A stretch of 64,000 bases of DNA from a virus (Duplodnaviria; Caudoviricetes), in IMG/VR virus record IMGVR_UViG_2522572099_000001, positions 8,283 through 72,282 of that record, one strand, 5' to 3'. Position numbers and translations under genes: made by a program. Below the pieces are notes generated by a model. That model was not told the DNA's origin. It did not search any database and was given only the letters and a program-made list of their open reading frames with translations. Positions 55,882-64,000 of this stretch are shown here, piece after piece (positions within the stretch are counted from its first letter, which is position 1; each line of letters opens with the position of its first letter).

Positions 55882-58800
55882 CGTCGATGTTTTCCACCGG
55901 TTGGGGAAGTCCTGGCGGCGGCGGTGGGTTCTTCAGCTCTGGCGCCAAGGCGTCGGAGCCGATCGCCAGCCGCGCCTCGGACTACAACTCGCCGGGCGAC
56001 AATTCCTCGCCGGCCGGCAAGTCGATACCCGCCGGCTCGGGCACCGCCTCCTATGATGGAAGCATCGTCTGGTGGAGCGGCTTCGCGGTCAAGGACGGCA
56101 AGGTCACCGCGTCCTTCGTGATGCTGTTCAAGGACTGTATTTTCGCGCCGTCCTTTGGTCTCGTAAAACTCTACGCCGACGAGCAGCTGATCATCTCCAG
56201 GACGGCGCCGCTGCGCCAGTCGAGCCAGAAAATCCGCTTCTATGACGGCACGCAGACCGTGCCCGATCCGCTGCTGGTGACCAAGCTTGGCGCCGGCAAG
56301 GCATCGGCCTGGCCGGGCTTCGTCTATGCCGTGTTCGAGGATTTCGACTGCACCAGCTATGGCAAGCGTGTGCCGCTGATCAGGGCGGTGCTGTCGGGCG
56401 CGGTGACCAGTACGGCAGCGGCCGAGGAGCAATCGACACTCACCTTTGGGGCGGTCGACCCTGGAACGTACGAGACAAACTGGCTCGCCGTCGACCGGAC
56501 CAGGAACCACGCCTATGTGTTCTACTGGCCCGACGTCGATGATGTCGGATTCATATCGGTTGTCGACATCGCAGCCAATGCCGAAATCAGCCGTGCCGCG
56601 GTTCGGGCCACCAACTACACCTTGCTCGAATACATGCTGGCTCTCGACGGCACAGACTACGTCATCGCGGCTGTGCATGAGACATCGGGCACGGCCTATT
56701 ACGACCTGATGCTCGTCAACGCCTACACCGGCGAAGCCGTGGCGCGCTTGGAAGCGCTGTTGTCGGGCGGCGATCCGCTCGAGGCACTGCCGCGCGCGGC
56801 CGTCATGATCGAAAACGGCGCGGCAACCAAGTTCATGGTGCTGTGCGGGACGATCTCCAGCGGCGCAGCGACGCAGAGTTACCTTGGCGCGCTTCTGGTC
56901 GACGTCACCAACGGCACCATGCAATGGGTGATCCATCCCTACACCAACCCTGCACCTGGGGCCGGCGAGCCATACGCCATCGCTGTCGGTCCGGTCGCCG
57001 ATGGCGCGGTGACCATCTTCTATGCCGAATGGGCGAGCGGCAGCTTCACGGTGCGCAAGGCCGTCATCAATTCCTCCGGCTTCACGGCGTCAACCTTCTT
57101 CACCGAAGTGGTGAGCATCCCGTCCTATCTGGGCTTGGCCTATGACGAGACCGATGACGGCGTCGTCCTCTATCGCAGTTCGCCGACCGTGATGCGCAAA
57201 TACAGCGCCGCCGGCGCGCTCGTCTGGACGGCTGCGTCACCGATCGCGTCCCTGTTCCTCAATGCCAGCTTCGGCAGCTATTCCGATTTCCGCTATTCAG
57301 CACGCCCCGGCTTCGCCATTGCGGCGCAGCAGGATTCGACCACAGACGTCTATCAGATCGACCTGTCCGACGGCACGTCGACATTGCTGATCGACAAGTC
57401 GGATTTCAGCAACGAGGGCAATTTCGGCTATTTCGACCAGCTCGCCGGTGTCTATGTCGAGGACAGCCTGGACACGGCCGGCGTCGTCAACAGGATCACG
57501 CTCGGCGACGCTACGCCCAACGCCGTCGATCTCGTCGACATCTTCACCCAGATCATGACCGTCGACGACCGCTTCGACGCCTCGCAACTGGTCTTCACCG
57601 GCTTTCCCGGCAACGAGACATCGGGCTTCAAACTTGTCAACGACACCACGCTCGACGATCTCGAAAACTCGATCGCGGAACTGTTCGACGTCAACAGAGT
57701 CGAGGAAGACGGCAAGCGGAAATATTTCTGGCCGCCACGCGACGGCGAACGAGCCGTCGACGTCGAACTCGTCCTGGAGGATTTTGTCGAGGACGGCACC
57801 CAGACCATCGAAAAGACCTTCGGCGCCGGCGAGGATGAACTTGCCACCTGCACCGTCACCTATTTCGACGTGGACGCCGACTACAAGCAATTGCCGCAGA
57901 CCTATTCGAGGCCGGTCGGCGTCTTCCCCGTCACGCGTTCGAAGAAGACGCGAACCGTCCCCACGGTGCTGTCGCTCACCGCGTCGCAGGCCTTGCGCTG
58001 CGCCACGCTGATGGCGTACCGGTCGTCCTTCGGCAATGAGAGCTATGTCGGCGGGCTGGTGCCGAGGAAATCGCATGTCGGGCCGGCCGCCATCGTCAGT
58101 TTCCCTTTCGGCGGCAGCACGATCGTCGCGCGCATTTCGGAAGCGACGCTCAAGCCCGACTGGTCGCAGGAGATTTCTGCCTACCAATACCTGATCTACA
58201 CCGAAGCGACCTACACCGCGGCCGGCGCGGAAATTGTCACGCACGGCCCCATCTCGGTTGCGGTGCGCCTGCTCTATCTCGACATTCCGCTGCTCTCCAA
58301 CAGCGACGATCGCGCCGGAAACGGTCTTGCCCAATATGCGCAGATCATCGGCTATGGCACCGCGCCCATCGGCCAAAGTGCTGCCTATCGGTCGGATGAC
58401 GGGTCGACCTTCACCTCCATTGGAACCCGCAACGACATCGCGCCGGTGGTCGGCATCGTGTCCGCGATCTCGGGAATCCCCGTCGACGTCTTCGTCACCG
58501 ATGCCGTCAATACGATCGACGTGCTGGTGACGACAGGCGACCTCAGCGACATCGAGACCTCCAATCTGGCGGCGATCGGCGGCCGCGGGCGCTGGGTGCT
58601 GGTGGGCTTCCAGGATGTCTCGGTTTCGGGGACCACGATCACGATCTCCAATCTCGATTGGGGCGTCAAGGGCTCAGAGGTGTGGATCGGCGACCTCGCC
58701 GTCAACGACGAGTTCGTGATCCTGCGCCGCGACCAGTATTCAGTGTTCTCGAACCCTCTGGCCGACCTGGGCGACACCTTGGCCTACAAGGCCGCGAACA

Positions 58801-59213
58801 GCGTCGTGCCGCTCGGAATAGTGCCGACGGTCTCCGCCGTGGCTTCCGGCGTGGCGGAGACGCCCTATGCCGCGCGCAACCTCGTCGCCTCTCTTGTCGG
58901 CAGCGACGTTGTCCTGGATTGGGATTATCGTTCGCGCCTTGCGGCTGGGCTCAATCCGGCCAACCATGGCGAGGCGACGCTTGCCTTCCAGGTCGACATC
59001 ATGGACGGCGCCGTCGTCAAGCGCACCATCGCCGTGACCACCAACCAGGCGACGTGGACGGCGGCACAGCAGGTAACCGATTTCGGTTCGCTGCCGCCAT
59101 CCTTCACCTGGCGCGTCTTCATGATGAGCGCGCTCGCGATCCTGGTGCCTGGGCAGACGCCGGCCATCGCCGGGCGCGGCTACCAGGCGGAGCAGGAAGT
59201 TTCCTCGCTCTAG
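55878..59213 (+). CDS. Large tail tip / host-specificity protein (megatron/gpJ-like)
   Basis: RFYDGTQT.PDPL...A..G..Y.VFEDF...G.R.P; beta-rich insert; C-term V.I.DG..VKRT. Confidence 0.8.
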   Translation: MTSMFSTGWGSPGGGGGFFSSGAKASEPIASRASDYNSPGDNSSPAGKSIPAGSGTASYDGSIVWWSGFAVKDGKVTASFVMLFKDCIFAPSFGLVKLYADEQLIISRTAPLRQSSQKIRFYDGTQTVPDPLLVTKLGAGKASAWPGFVYAVFEDFDCTSYGKRVPLIRAVLSGAVTSTAAAEEQSTLTFGAVDPGTYETNWLAVDRTRNHAYVFYWPDVDDVGFISVVDIAANAEISRAAVRATNYTLLEYMLALDGTDYVIAAVHETSGTAYYDLMLVNAYTGEAVARLEALLSGGDPLEALPRAAVMIENGAATKFMVLCGTISSGAATQSYLGALLVDVTNGTMQWVIHPYTNPAPGAGEPYAIAVGPVADGAVTIFYAEWASGSFTVRKAVINSSGFTASTFFTEVVSIPSYLGLAYDETDDGVVLYRSSPTVMRKYSAAGALVWTAASPIASLFLNASFGSYSDFRYSARPGFAIAAQQDSTTDVYQIDLSDGTSTLLIDKSDFSNEGNFGYFDQLAGVYVEDSLDTAGVVNRITLGDATPNAVDLVDIFTQIMTVDDRFDASQLVFTGFPGNETSGFKLVNDTTLDDLENSIAELFDVNRVEEDGKRKYFWPPRDGERAVDVELVLEDFVEDGTQTIEKTFGAGEDELATCTVTYFDVDADYKQLPQTYSRPVGVFPVTRSKKTRTVPTVLSLTASQALRCATLMAYRSSFGNESYVGGLVPRKSHVGPAAIVSFPFGGSTIVARISEATLKPDWSQEISAYQYLIYTEATYTAAGAEIVTHGPISVAVRLLYLDIPLLSNSDDRAGNGLAQYAQIIGYGTAPIGQSAAYRSDDGSTFTSIGTRNDIAPVVGIVSAISGIPVDVFVTDAVNTIDVLVTTGDLSDIETSNLAAIGGRGRWVLVGFQDVSVSGTTITISNLDWGVKGSEVWIGDLAVNDEFVILRRDQYSVFSNPLADLGDTLAYKAANSVVPLGIVPTVSAVASGVAETPYAARNLVASLVGSDVVLDWDYRSRLAAGLNPANHGEATLAFQVDIMDGAVVKRTIAVTTNQATWTAAQQVTDFGSLPPSFTWRVFMMSALAILVPGQTPAIAGRGYQAEQEVSSL

Positions 59214-59261
59214 CCGTCCGCGATTTTCAAACAACCAACCCGAGAGGGCGAAAGGAACTCC

Positions 59262-59753
59262 ATGGACCTGTCCTTGGGCTATACGCGCAAGCTGATCGAT
59301 GCCGCCAAGGCGCGCGGTCTGCTGCGCAACCAGACCGCCTATCTGCTCGCCACCAGCTTCTGGGAAACCGCTCACACGATGAAGCCGGTTGTCGAAGCCT
59401 ACTGGCTCTCGGAAAACTGGCGCCGCGCCAATCTGCGTTATTATCCCTGGTTCGGGCGCGGTTTCGTCCAACTGACCTGGCAGGCAAATTACCTGCGGGC
59501 CGAGAAAGAGCTTGGCGTGGCGTTCACCAAGGATCCGAGCCTGGCGCTCGATCCCGACAACGCCGCCAACATCGCCGTGCTCGGCATGTCGGAAGGCTGG
59601 TTTACGCGCCACCGGCTGGCCGATCATATCGACCTCCAGCACTCGGATTTCTTCCATGCGCGCCAGATCATCAATGGCATGGACAAGGCGCAGGAGATCG
59701 CCGTGCTCGCCCAGCACTATGACGACGACCTGAAGGCGGAATGGGTCGGCTGA
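59262..59753 (+). CDS. Endolysin (GH19-like glycoside hydrolase)
   Basis: AYLLAT..WET...P..E...GRGFVQLTW..NY...ARQIING.D.A. Confidence 0.85.
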   Translation: MDLSLGYTRKLIDAAKARGLLRNQTAYLLATSFWETAHTMKPVVEAYWLSENWRRANLRYYPWFGRGFVQLTWQANYLRAEKELGVAFTKDPSLALDPDNAANIAVLGMSEGWFTRHRLADHIDLQHSDFFHARQIINGMDKAQEIAVLAQHYDDDLKAEWVG

Positions 59754-59754
59754 C

Positions 59755-60108
59755 ATGAACCCGCGTAGTGCCGCGCGCAATGCGTTTCGCTCGTCATGGA
59801 CGATGCGTCGGCGGATCATCATCATCGTGCTTGTGTGGTGCGGTGGTATGGTGACCTATCTCGCCATTCTCGGCCGGCCGATCCAACTGTCCGAGACCGC
59901 CGTCAACGGGCTGCTGCTGCTGATGGCATCCGTGATCGGCTCCTATGTCTTTGGTGCTGTCTGGGACGACAAGGGCGGCCTGACCAATATCGGCGGCGGT
60001 GGTGGCGGCGGCGGAATGCAGACCGAGATGTATCAGCGCACCGTCGTTCCGGCTGACATGCCAACGCCGGGGCCGGCCATGCCACCGCCACCAGGAGAAG
60101 GCCCATGA
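59755..60108 (+). CDS. Holin (two TM segments)
   Basis: W..RRRII...TM...IGSYVFGAVWDD. Confidence 0.7.
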   Translation: MNPRSAARNAFRSSWTMRRRIIIIVLVWCGGMVTYLAILGRPIQLSETAVNGLLLLMASVIGSYVFGAVWDDKGGLTNIGGGGGGGGMQTEMYQRTVVPADMPTPGPAMPPPPGEGP

Positions 60109-60488
60109 GCTATCTCAAGCTCGGATTCGCGGCGGCAATCCTGATCATCATCCTCGGCCTGGCGACGACAGCGTTCTGGTATCGAGGCAATGCCATCAGC
60201 GCCCGCGCGGATGCCGCACAGGCGCGCGCTGACCTTGCGACAGCCGTTTCGGTCAACAAGGCCAACGAAGAGGCTATCGGCCGCCTGAAAGCAGCCAGGG
60301 AGAAGGCCGATCAACTGGCCGCGGACCTGGCCGAGCAAATCAAGACCTCCAATCAAGAACTGGTCGACGCCGCGGCCGAGCGCAGGAAACTCGAAAATGA
60401 CAATGACGACATCCGCAAGTTTCTGGCTCTGCGCATTCCTGATGGTCTCCGGCTGCGGAACGATCCCAAAGCCGCAGGTCATCGTTAA
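60105..60488 (+). CDS. Rz: i-spanin
   Basis: N-terminal TM plus coiled coil. Confidence 0.8.
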   Translation: MSYLKLGFAAAILIIILGLATTAFWYRGNAISARADAAQARADLATAVSVNKANEEAIGRLKAAREKADQLAADLAEQIKTSNQELVDAAAERRKLENDNDDIRKFLALRIPDGLRLRNDPKAAGHR

Positions 60489-60693
60489 GACCGAAGTCGA
60501 GAAGGATCGCGTTCCGGCCTCGCTTATTTCGCCCTGCGACAAGGCATGGCGCAAGGTTGGGGCTCCCTCCAATGCGCGCGCCGGCGGCGCCGAGACCGTC
60601 GATGATCTCTACACGCGCGGCGATGAGAACGAGGCTCGCTTGCTGGCCTGCGGCGCCAAGGTCGCCAAGGTCGGAGCGTGGGACAAGCAATGA
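60397..60693 (+). CDS. Rz1: o-spanin lipoprotein overlapping Rz
   Basis: Lipobox LMVSGC; Pro/Cys-rich; overlaps Rz 3' end in another frame. Confidence 0.8.
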   Translation: MTMTTSASFWLCAFLMVSGCGTIPKPQVIVKTEVEKDRVPASLISPCDKAWRKVGAPSNARAGGAETVDDLYTRGDENEARLLACGAKVAKVGAWDKQ

Positions 60694-60726
60694 AAGACGA
60701 GCAGGGCTTGGGCGGGATAACGAAGA

Positions 60727-61482
60727 ATGGCGGATGACATGGCAAACGGCACCACTCTAAGCGAAGACACCAATACCAGGGTAGGCATCCTCTCTCAGCG
60801 GACCGCCAATCTGGAAGGTGGCTTCATCGACTTCCGGCGCGAGGTCAGCCAGCAGTTCACGAACGTCAACGCCAGCGTCGGCAGCCTCAATTCGAAGATT
60901 GATGAGCGATTCAACGCGCTCGCAAACAGTCTTTCCGAGCGCTCGAAGCCGCAATGGCAAGCCCTCGGCGTGATGGTAACCATCATCGTGGTTCTCGGCG
61001 GCCTGGTCTATTGGCCGATCAGGGAATCCACAAACGACTTGAAGTCTCAAGACATTGAGACCGGCCGCCTGATCCAGGCTCTGACCAGTGAAACCGGCAA
61101 GGCTATTCAAGCCCTTGCCGCAAACACCGTGTCGCGCCAGGAAATGGACTGGCGCGCGGCGCGCGGTGCCGAGGACCGAACGCGGACGGATGGCGCGATT
61201 GCCTCGATCCGTGACGGTATGGTCTACCGCAACGAATGGATGGAAAGGAACCTTAGCCGCGATCACGACATCGAAAACATCCGGGCTGATGCGGTTCGTG
61301 ATGTCGCCAACGTTCAGCGCCAGCTTGACCAGCAACGATCGGACTTCCAGGTCTTTTCCAATTCGCTCGGCAATGGTCGGGATTTTCTCCTCGATCTGAA
61401 GAACGAACAGCGCCGGCTGAGCGACCAGATCGCCTCCTTGACGGCCAAGGTCGCCGCGGAACAATCCGCCACGCCGCGCTGA
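60727..61482 (+). CDS. Coiled-coil protein with one central TM segment
   Basis: LGVMVTIIVVLGGLVYW flanked by heptad repeats. Confidence 0.75.
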   Translation: MADDMANGTTLSEDTNTRVGILSQRTANLEGGFIDFRREVSQQFTNVNASVGSLNSKIDERFNALANSLSERSKPQWQALGVMVTIIVVLGGLVYWPIRESTNDLKSQDIETGRLIQALTSETGKAIQALAANTVSRQEMDWRAARGAEDRTRTDGAIASIRDGMVYRNEWMERNLSRDHDIENIRADAVRDVANVQRQLDQQRSDFQVFSNSLGNGRDFLLDLKNEQRRLSDQIASLTAKVAAEQSATPR

Positions 61483-61507
61483 ACCACCATCCTCCCAATG
61501 CCCCGTG

Positions 61508-61543
61508 TCCCCACTGACCTTCGGGTCGGTGGGGAACTTTTTC
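61508..61543 (+). terminator. Late-operon terminator
   Basis: CCCCACTGACC-TTCG-GGTCGGTGGGG then AACTTTTT. Confidence 0.75.
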
Positions 61544-61569
61544 TGCGTCTGCGGTTATGCTACAAGGCA

Positions 61570-61895
61570 TCATGCGAGAGCCGATGGGGCTTCGATTGAG
61601 GGGGTCGCCTCCAACGGCTAGGTGTGGAAAACGCCAGACCCCATGCCCATCGGGTAGCCGCGAAACGCGGAGCAACTAACACGAGGCGTCATTGCACGCC
61701 TACTCGTAGCCACAGTTTTCAAGCGCAACGGCGGAATCGCGGGTAGGGCAAACCTCGAAACCCCGTCAGTTCGTGGCCTGGGTAGGGCAAGGACGCGCGA
61801 GGAGGCCTTCTCGGGTAGTTGGTGAAGGCCGGGGGTGCATGACGCCTCTGTACGGGGCTGGAAACCGAAAGCCAGCCCCGAAGGGCTGGCTCGTT
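61570..61895 (+). ncRNA. Structured ncRNA candidate (~320 nt)
   Basis: Helices 61581/61653, 61601/61642, 61658-61670, 61683/61848, 61804/61830, 61872-61890; no credible ORF. Confidence 0.5.
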
Positions 61896-61909
61896 CTCAG
61901 CAAAAGGCG

Positions 61910-62446
61910 TTACTTTTTTGCGCGCTTGGCAATCAGCGCAGTCAGGTCCGCTGCTGTCATCACTTTTCCGACGATGCGGCTCGGTCCAACGATCTTGCCT
62001 ATCTTCGTGAAGAAGCCGCCCTCGGCGACGCATTCCGCCCCTGTGCAATCGCGGAGTTGCTTTCCGTTTGTCATTGCATGGTCGAGGAGGTTCTTCACGA
62101 CCTGGGCTTTGATTGTCTCAACTTCCACGTCCTCGCGCAGTTCCCTCTCCACCTTTGCGCTCACCCGTTGTTCCTTGCGCTCCTTCGCCTTCGCCTCGAG
62201 GTCCTTCTTCGACGGCGGAAACGCAGCTTGCAGCGCGGTGCTGTAATTCAGGCGCTCCCACTCATCGATCAACGCGTCGAGGTATTCTTCATAAAGTTCC
62301 GACTTGATCCGCTCTCGCAGTAGCTGCCTGTGCACCTTCTGGCCAGCCTCGGGTTTCTCCTTGATGACAGCGATATACACGCTCAATGGGCTCTCCCGAC
62401 GGCTTCGCCGTGCGGCCGTTTCCGTCTGTAATTCCGTTTGCGTCAT
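61910..62446 (-). CDS. Hypothetical protein, last gene of xis operon
   Basis: GGAG RBS; ATGA coupling. Confidence 0.7.
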   Translation of the reverse strand: MTQTELQTETAARRSRRESPLSVYIAVIKEKPEAGQKVHRQLLRERIKSELYEEYLDALIDEWERLNYSTALQAAFPPSKKDLEAKAKERKEQRVSAKVERELREDVEVETIKAQVVKNLLDHAMTNGKQLRDCTGAECVAEGGFFTKIGKIVGPSRIVGKVMTAADLTALIAKRAKK

Positions 62447-62802
62447 AGTTCTTCTCCTGGGTTGAAAAGACCGAGTTCGAACACCGCGCGCAGGATCGCG
62501 TGCGGCCGATATATTGCTCGGCGAGAAAACCGCGCTCTTGGATCGAGACCTTCGTCCAAGTCGCGCAAGAGTGTCGAGGTCTTCCTCCTAGCTTCTTCGA
62601 TTCCGACAGACCTATAATTGCCGAGGGTGAGTTTGACGTTCGCCTTCGTCATTGGCGCCCGATACCGCACCATCCACTTGGCGGTTCTGGGGCCCACGAC
62701 GAAATAGAGGCCGCGCTGCGCACCGTCCGGGATTTCGCGCTTCACCGGAGGTCTATGCGCCAGAAGCCTTTCTAGGCCCGCGTCAGTCAAGGCTGCGGTC
62801 AT
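62443..62802 (-). CDS. Stand-alone integrase arm-type DNA-binding domain protein
   Basis: LTD.......P..REIPD...GLY..V....KW..RYR......LTLGNY..VG..EAR......L..G.DP. Confidence 0.75.
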   Translation of the reverse strand: MTAALTDAGLERLLAHRPPVKREIPDGAQRGLYFVVGPRTAKWMVRYRAPMTKANVKLTLGNYRSVGIEEARRKTSTLLRDLDEGLDPRARFSRRAIYRPHAILRAVFELGLFNPGEEL

Positions 62803-63446
62803 TGGTCGAGGAGCCCCAACTCCCGTACCGCCCGCACGATCGCCCGTTCATTGAGGCGTGGTTTCCGACGGCAGTTGTGCATTTTGATCTCGCGAGCAGG
62901 GTGGTATCGGCTACGCCAGCCCTTTTCGATCGCGAAGGCAAATAGGATTCCGCACATTCGGACAACCTGATTTGCTTGGGAGAGGTGGTCGCGCGCGGTC
63001 AAGTTATCGAAAAGCTTCACGATGTCGGCCCGCTCGACATCATCGACGCGCTTGTCGCCTAAGGTAGGGCGGACGTAGTTCTTTAGCGTCAGCCGATAAA
63101 CCTTCTGGCTCGTCGCCTCGAGTCTTGGAAGATACTCGGCCACGAACCGATCGATCAATTCCGCCACAGTCAGAGCCCGGCGTTTCGTGTGGATATCGCC
63201 CATCGGATCGCCGCCGAGGTCGACAGCCTTCCGCAGCCGTTTCGCCTCCTCGCGAGCACCTTCGATCGTCCAGACGCTCGCGCTGCCAATTGTCAGCCGC
63301 CGTTCCTTGCCGGTGCCGCGAACGCGGTAGTTGAAAATGAAGCTCCTTGTTTGGTCTGAATTTACTCGGACACCGAACCCGGCAATATCGCCAGACCAAT
63401 GAATCTTGCGACCTGAAGGTAGCACGGCCTCAATTTCACTCGTCAT
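62799..63446 (-). CDS. Integrase-derived protein: arm-binding plus core-binding domains, no catalytic domain
   Basis: GFGVRV....SFIF.YR....RRLTIG....EAK....G.DP...TV.EL...F...P.LG..RV.D..RADI; ends before R-K-H-R-H-Y domain. Confidence 0.75.
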   Translation of the reverse strand: MTSEIEAVLPSGRKIHWSGDIAGFGVRVNSDQTRSFIFNYRVRGTGKERRLTIGSASVWTIEGAREEAKRLRKAVDLGGDPMGDIHTKRRALTVAELIDRFVAEYLPRLEATSQKVYRLTLKNYVRPTLGDKRVDDVERADIVKLFDNLTARDHLSQANQVVRMCGILFAFAIEKGWRSRYHPAREIKMHNCRRKPRLNERAIVRAVRELGLLDQ

Positions 63447-63649
63447 GTCCGCCTCGGATTTGGATGCTTCTCGCGCTTTGCGAGCCATGCTTCGACGCTC
63501 GATCTCTTGTGGTAAATCCGACCGCCGATAATCGTATAAGGGATCCCATCTGGCTCGTTGCGATATCGCGCGATCGACCTTGCGCTGAGTTTGAGGGACT
63601 CGGCCAACTCCGCTTGCGTCAGGTAGTCTTCCAGCAGATCTTTGTTCAT
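63443..63649 (-). CDS. Excisionase/AlpA-like HTH protein
   Basis: YLTQAELA..L..S.RSI.RYR...GIPY..IGGRI.....V.AWL. Confidence 0.8.
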   Translation of the reverse strand: MNKDLLEDYLTQAELAESLKLSARSIARYRNEPDGIPYTIIGGRIYHKRSSVEAWLAKREKHPNPRRT

Positions 63650-63691
63650 CGCCTTGCCATGTCTGATGTTGAATATGACAGGACTGGACAT

Positions 63692-63841
63692 GTAACCGAT
63701 ATGGAGACAATCCGCAACAGGAAACCAGATTGGCACCAAGATGGTTGCAAAAACGGTGTAGCTCTCGCCGGATGGTGTCGTCTGCCGCGCGTTCGGTGCT
63801 CGTTTGGTGCCACAATGGTTTCGTAGAACCATTCTGGTGCT
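63692..63841. promoter_or_regulatory. Cluster of degenerate operator-like sites next to att
   Basis: 63692 GTAACC-N5-GGAGAC; 63721 GAAACC-N5-GGCACC-N5-GGTTGC; 63795 GGTGCT-N5-GGTGCC-N5-GGTTTC; 63825 AGAACC-N5-GGTGCT. Confidence 0.55.
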
Positions 63842-63866
63842 TGGCTAAGAATGCCTACGCGACGCC

Positions 63867-63895
63867 TTGCAATTCAAGGCGGCAGCGGCTATTCA
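63867..63895 (+). promoter_or_regulatory. sigma70-like promoter upstream of tRNA fragment
   Basis: TTGCAA-N17-TATTCA, 10 nt before tRNA 5' end. Confidence 0.6.
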
Positions 63896-63905
63896 GACGC
63901 CCGTT

Positions 63906-63945
<40 letters not shown>

Positions 63946-64000
63946 GGTGCATCAAATCTGGCACCAGCCTTTTTCATCACAAAATCAGCCACTTAACGTT

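Noticed and set aside
55831-55932. Diversity-generating retroelement TR/VR pair
   Set aside because: No reverse transcriptase; differences are not adenine-specific
61744-61800. c-di-GMP-I riboswitch resemblance (GGCAAACC..GAAA..GGACGC)
   Set aside because: P2 geometry, the GCAAAG junction and the P3 receptor do not fit; no downstream sense gene
62799-63815. Functional 338-aa integrase as in the ORF track
   Set aside because: Upstream part overlaps xis and regulatory sites; likely start is 63446; catalytic residues absent

Overview
This window is almost the whole genome of a GC-rich temperate siphovirus, probably infecting an alphaproteobacterium (Rhizobiales-like; inferred from gene content). 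Gene order: leftward early/recombination operon (1-7396); cI/cro switch (7703-8632); replication and methylase operon (8862-15049); a long leftward array of accessory cassettes (15075-26791); a MTase/Mom-like GNAT fusion plus ParB, terminase and portal (26898-32860); a four-enzyme modification cluster (PLP enzyme, methyltransferase, radical SAM, tandem sialyltransferase-like folds; 33060-36893); a ~600 nt non-coding RNA locus with two non-canonical tRNA-like genes (36925-37510); capsid, fibre, neck and tail genes (38480-59213); lysis genes (59262-61482); a second structured RNA (61570-61895); an xis-like operon with two catalytically truncated integrase-like genes; and an attP-like site made of a promoter plus the 5' half of tRNA-Thr(GGT). 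The strongest candidate for a new system is a D-arm-reduced, T-loop-mutated tRNA-Gly(UCC)-CCA that keeps all GlyRS identity elements. It occurs with a Mom-like GNAT/MTase fusion and the PLP/rSAM/MT/GT cluster, which suggests a dedicated glycyl-tRNA donor for DNA or virion hypermodification. A genome-wide network of about 20 copies of a 17-bp operator (GTAACC-N5-GGTTAC) and two repeated leader motifs are directly visible. All family calls come from motif recognition by eye, not database searches.
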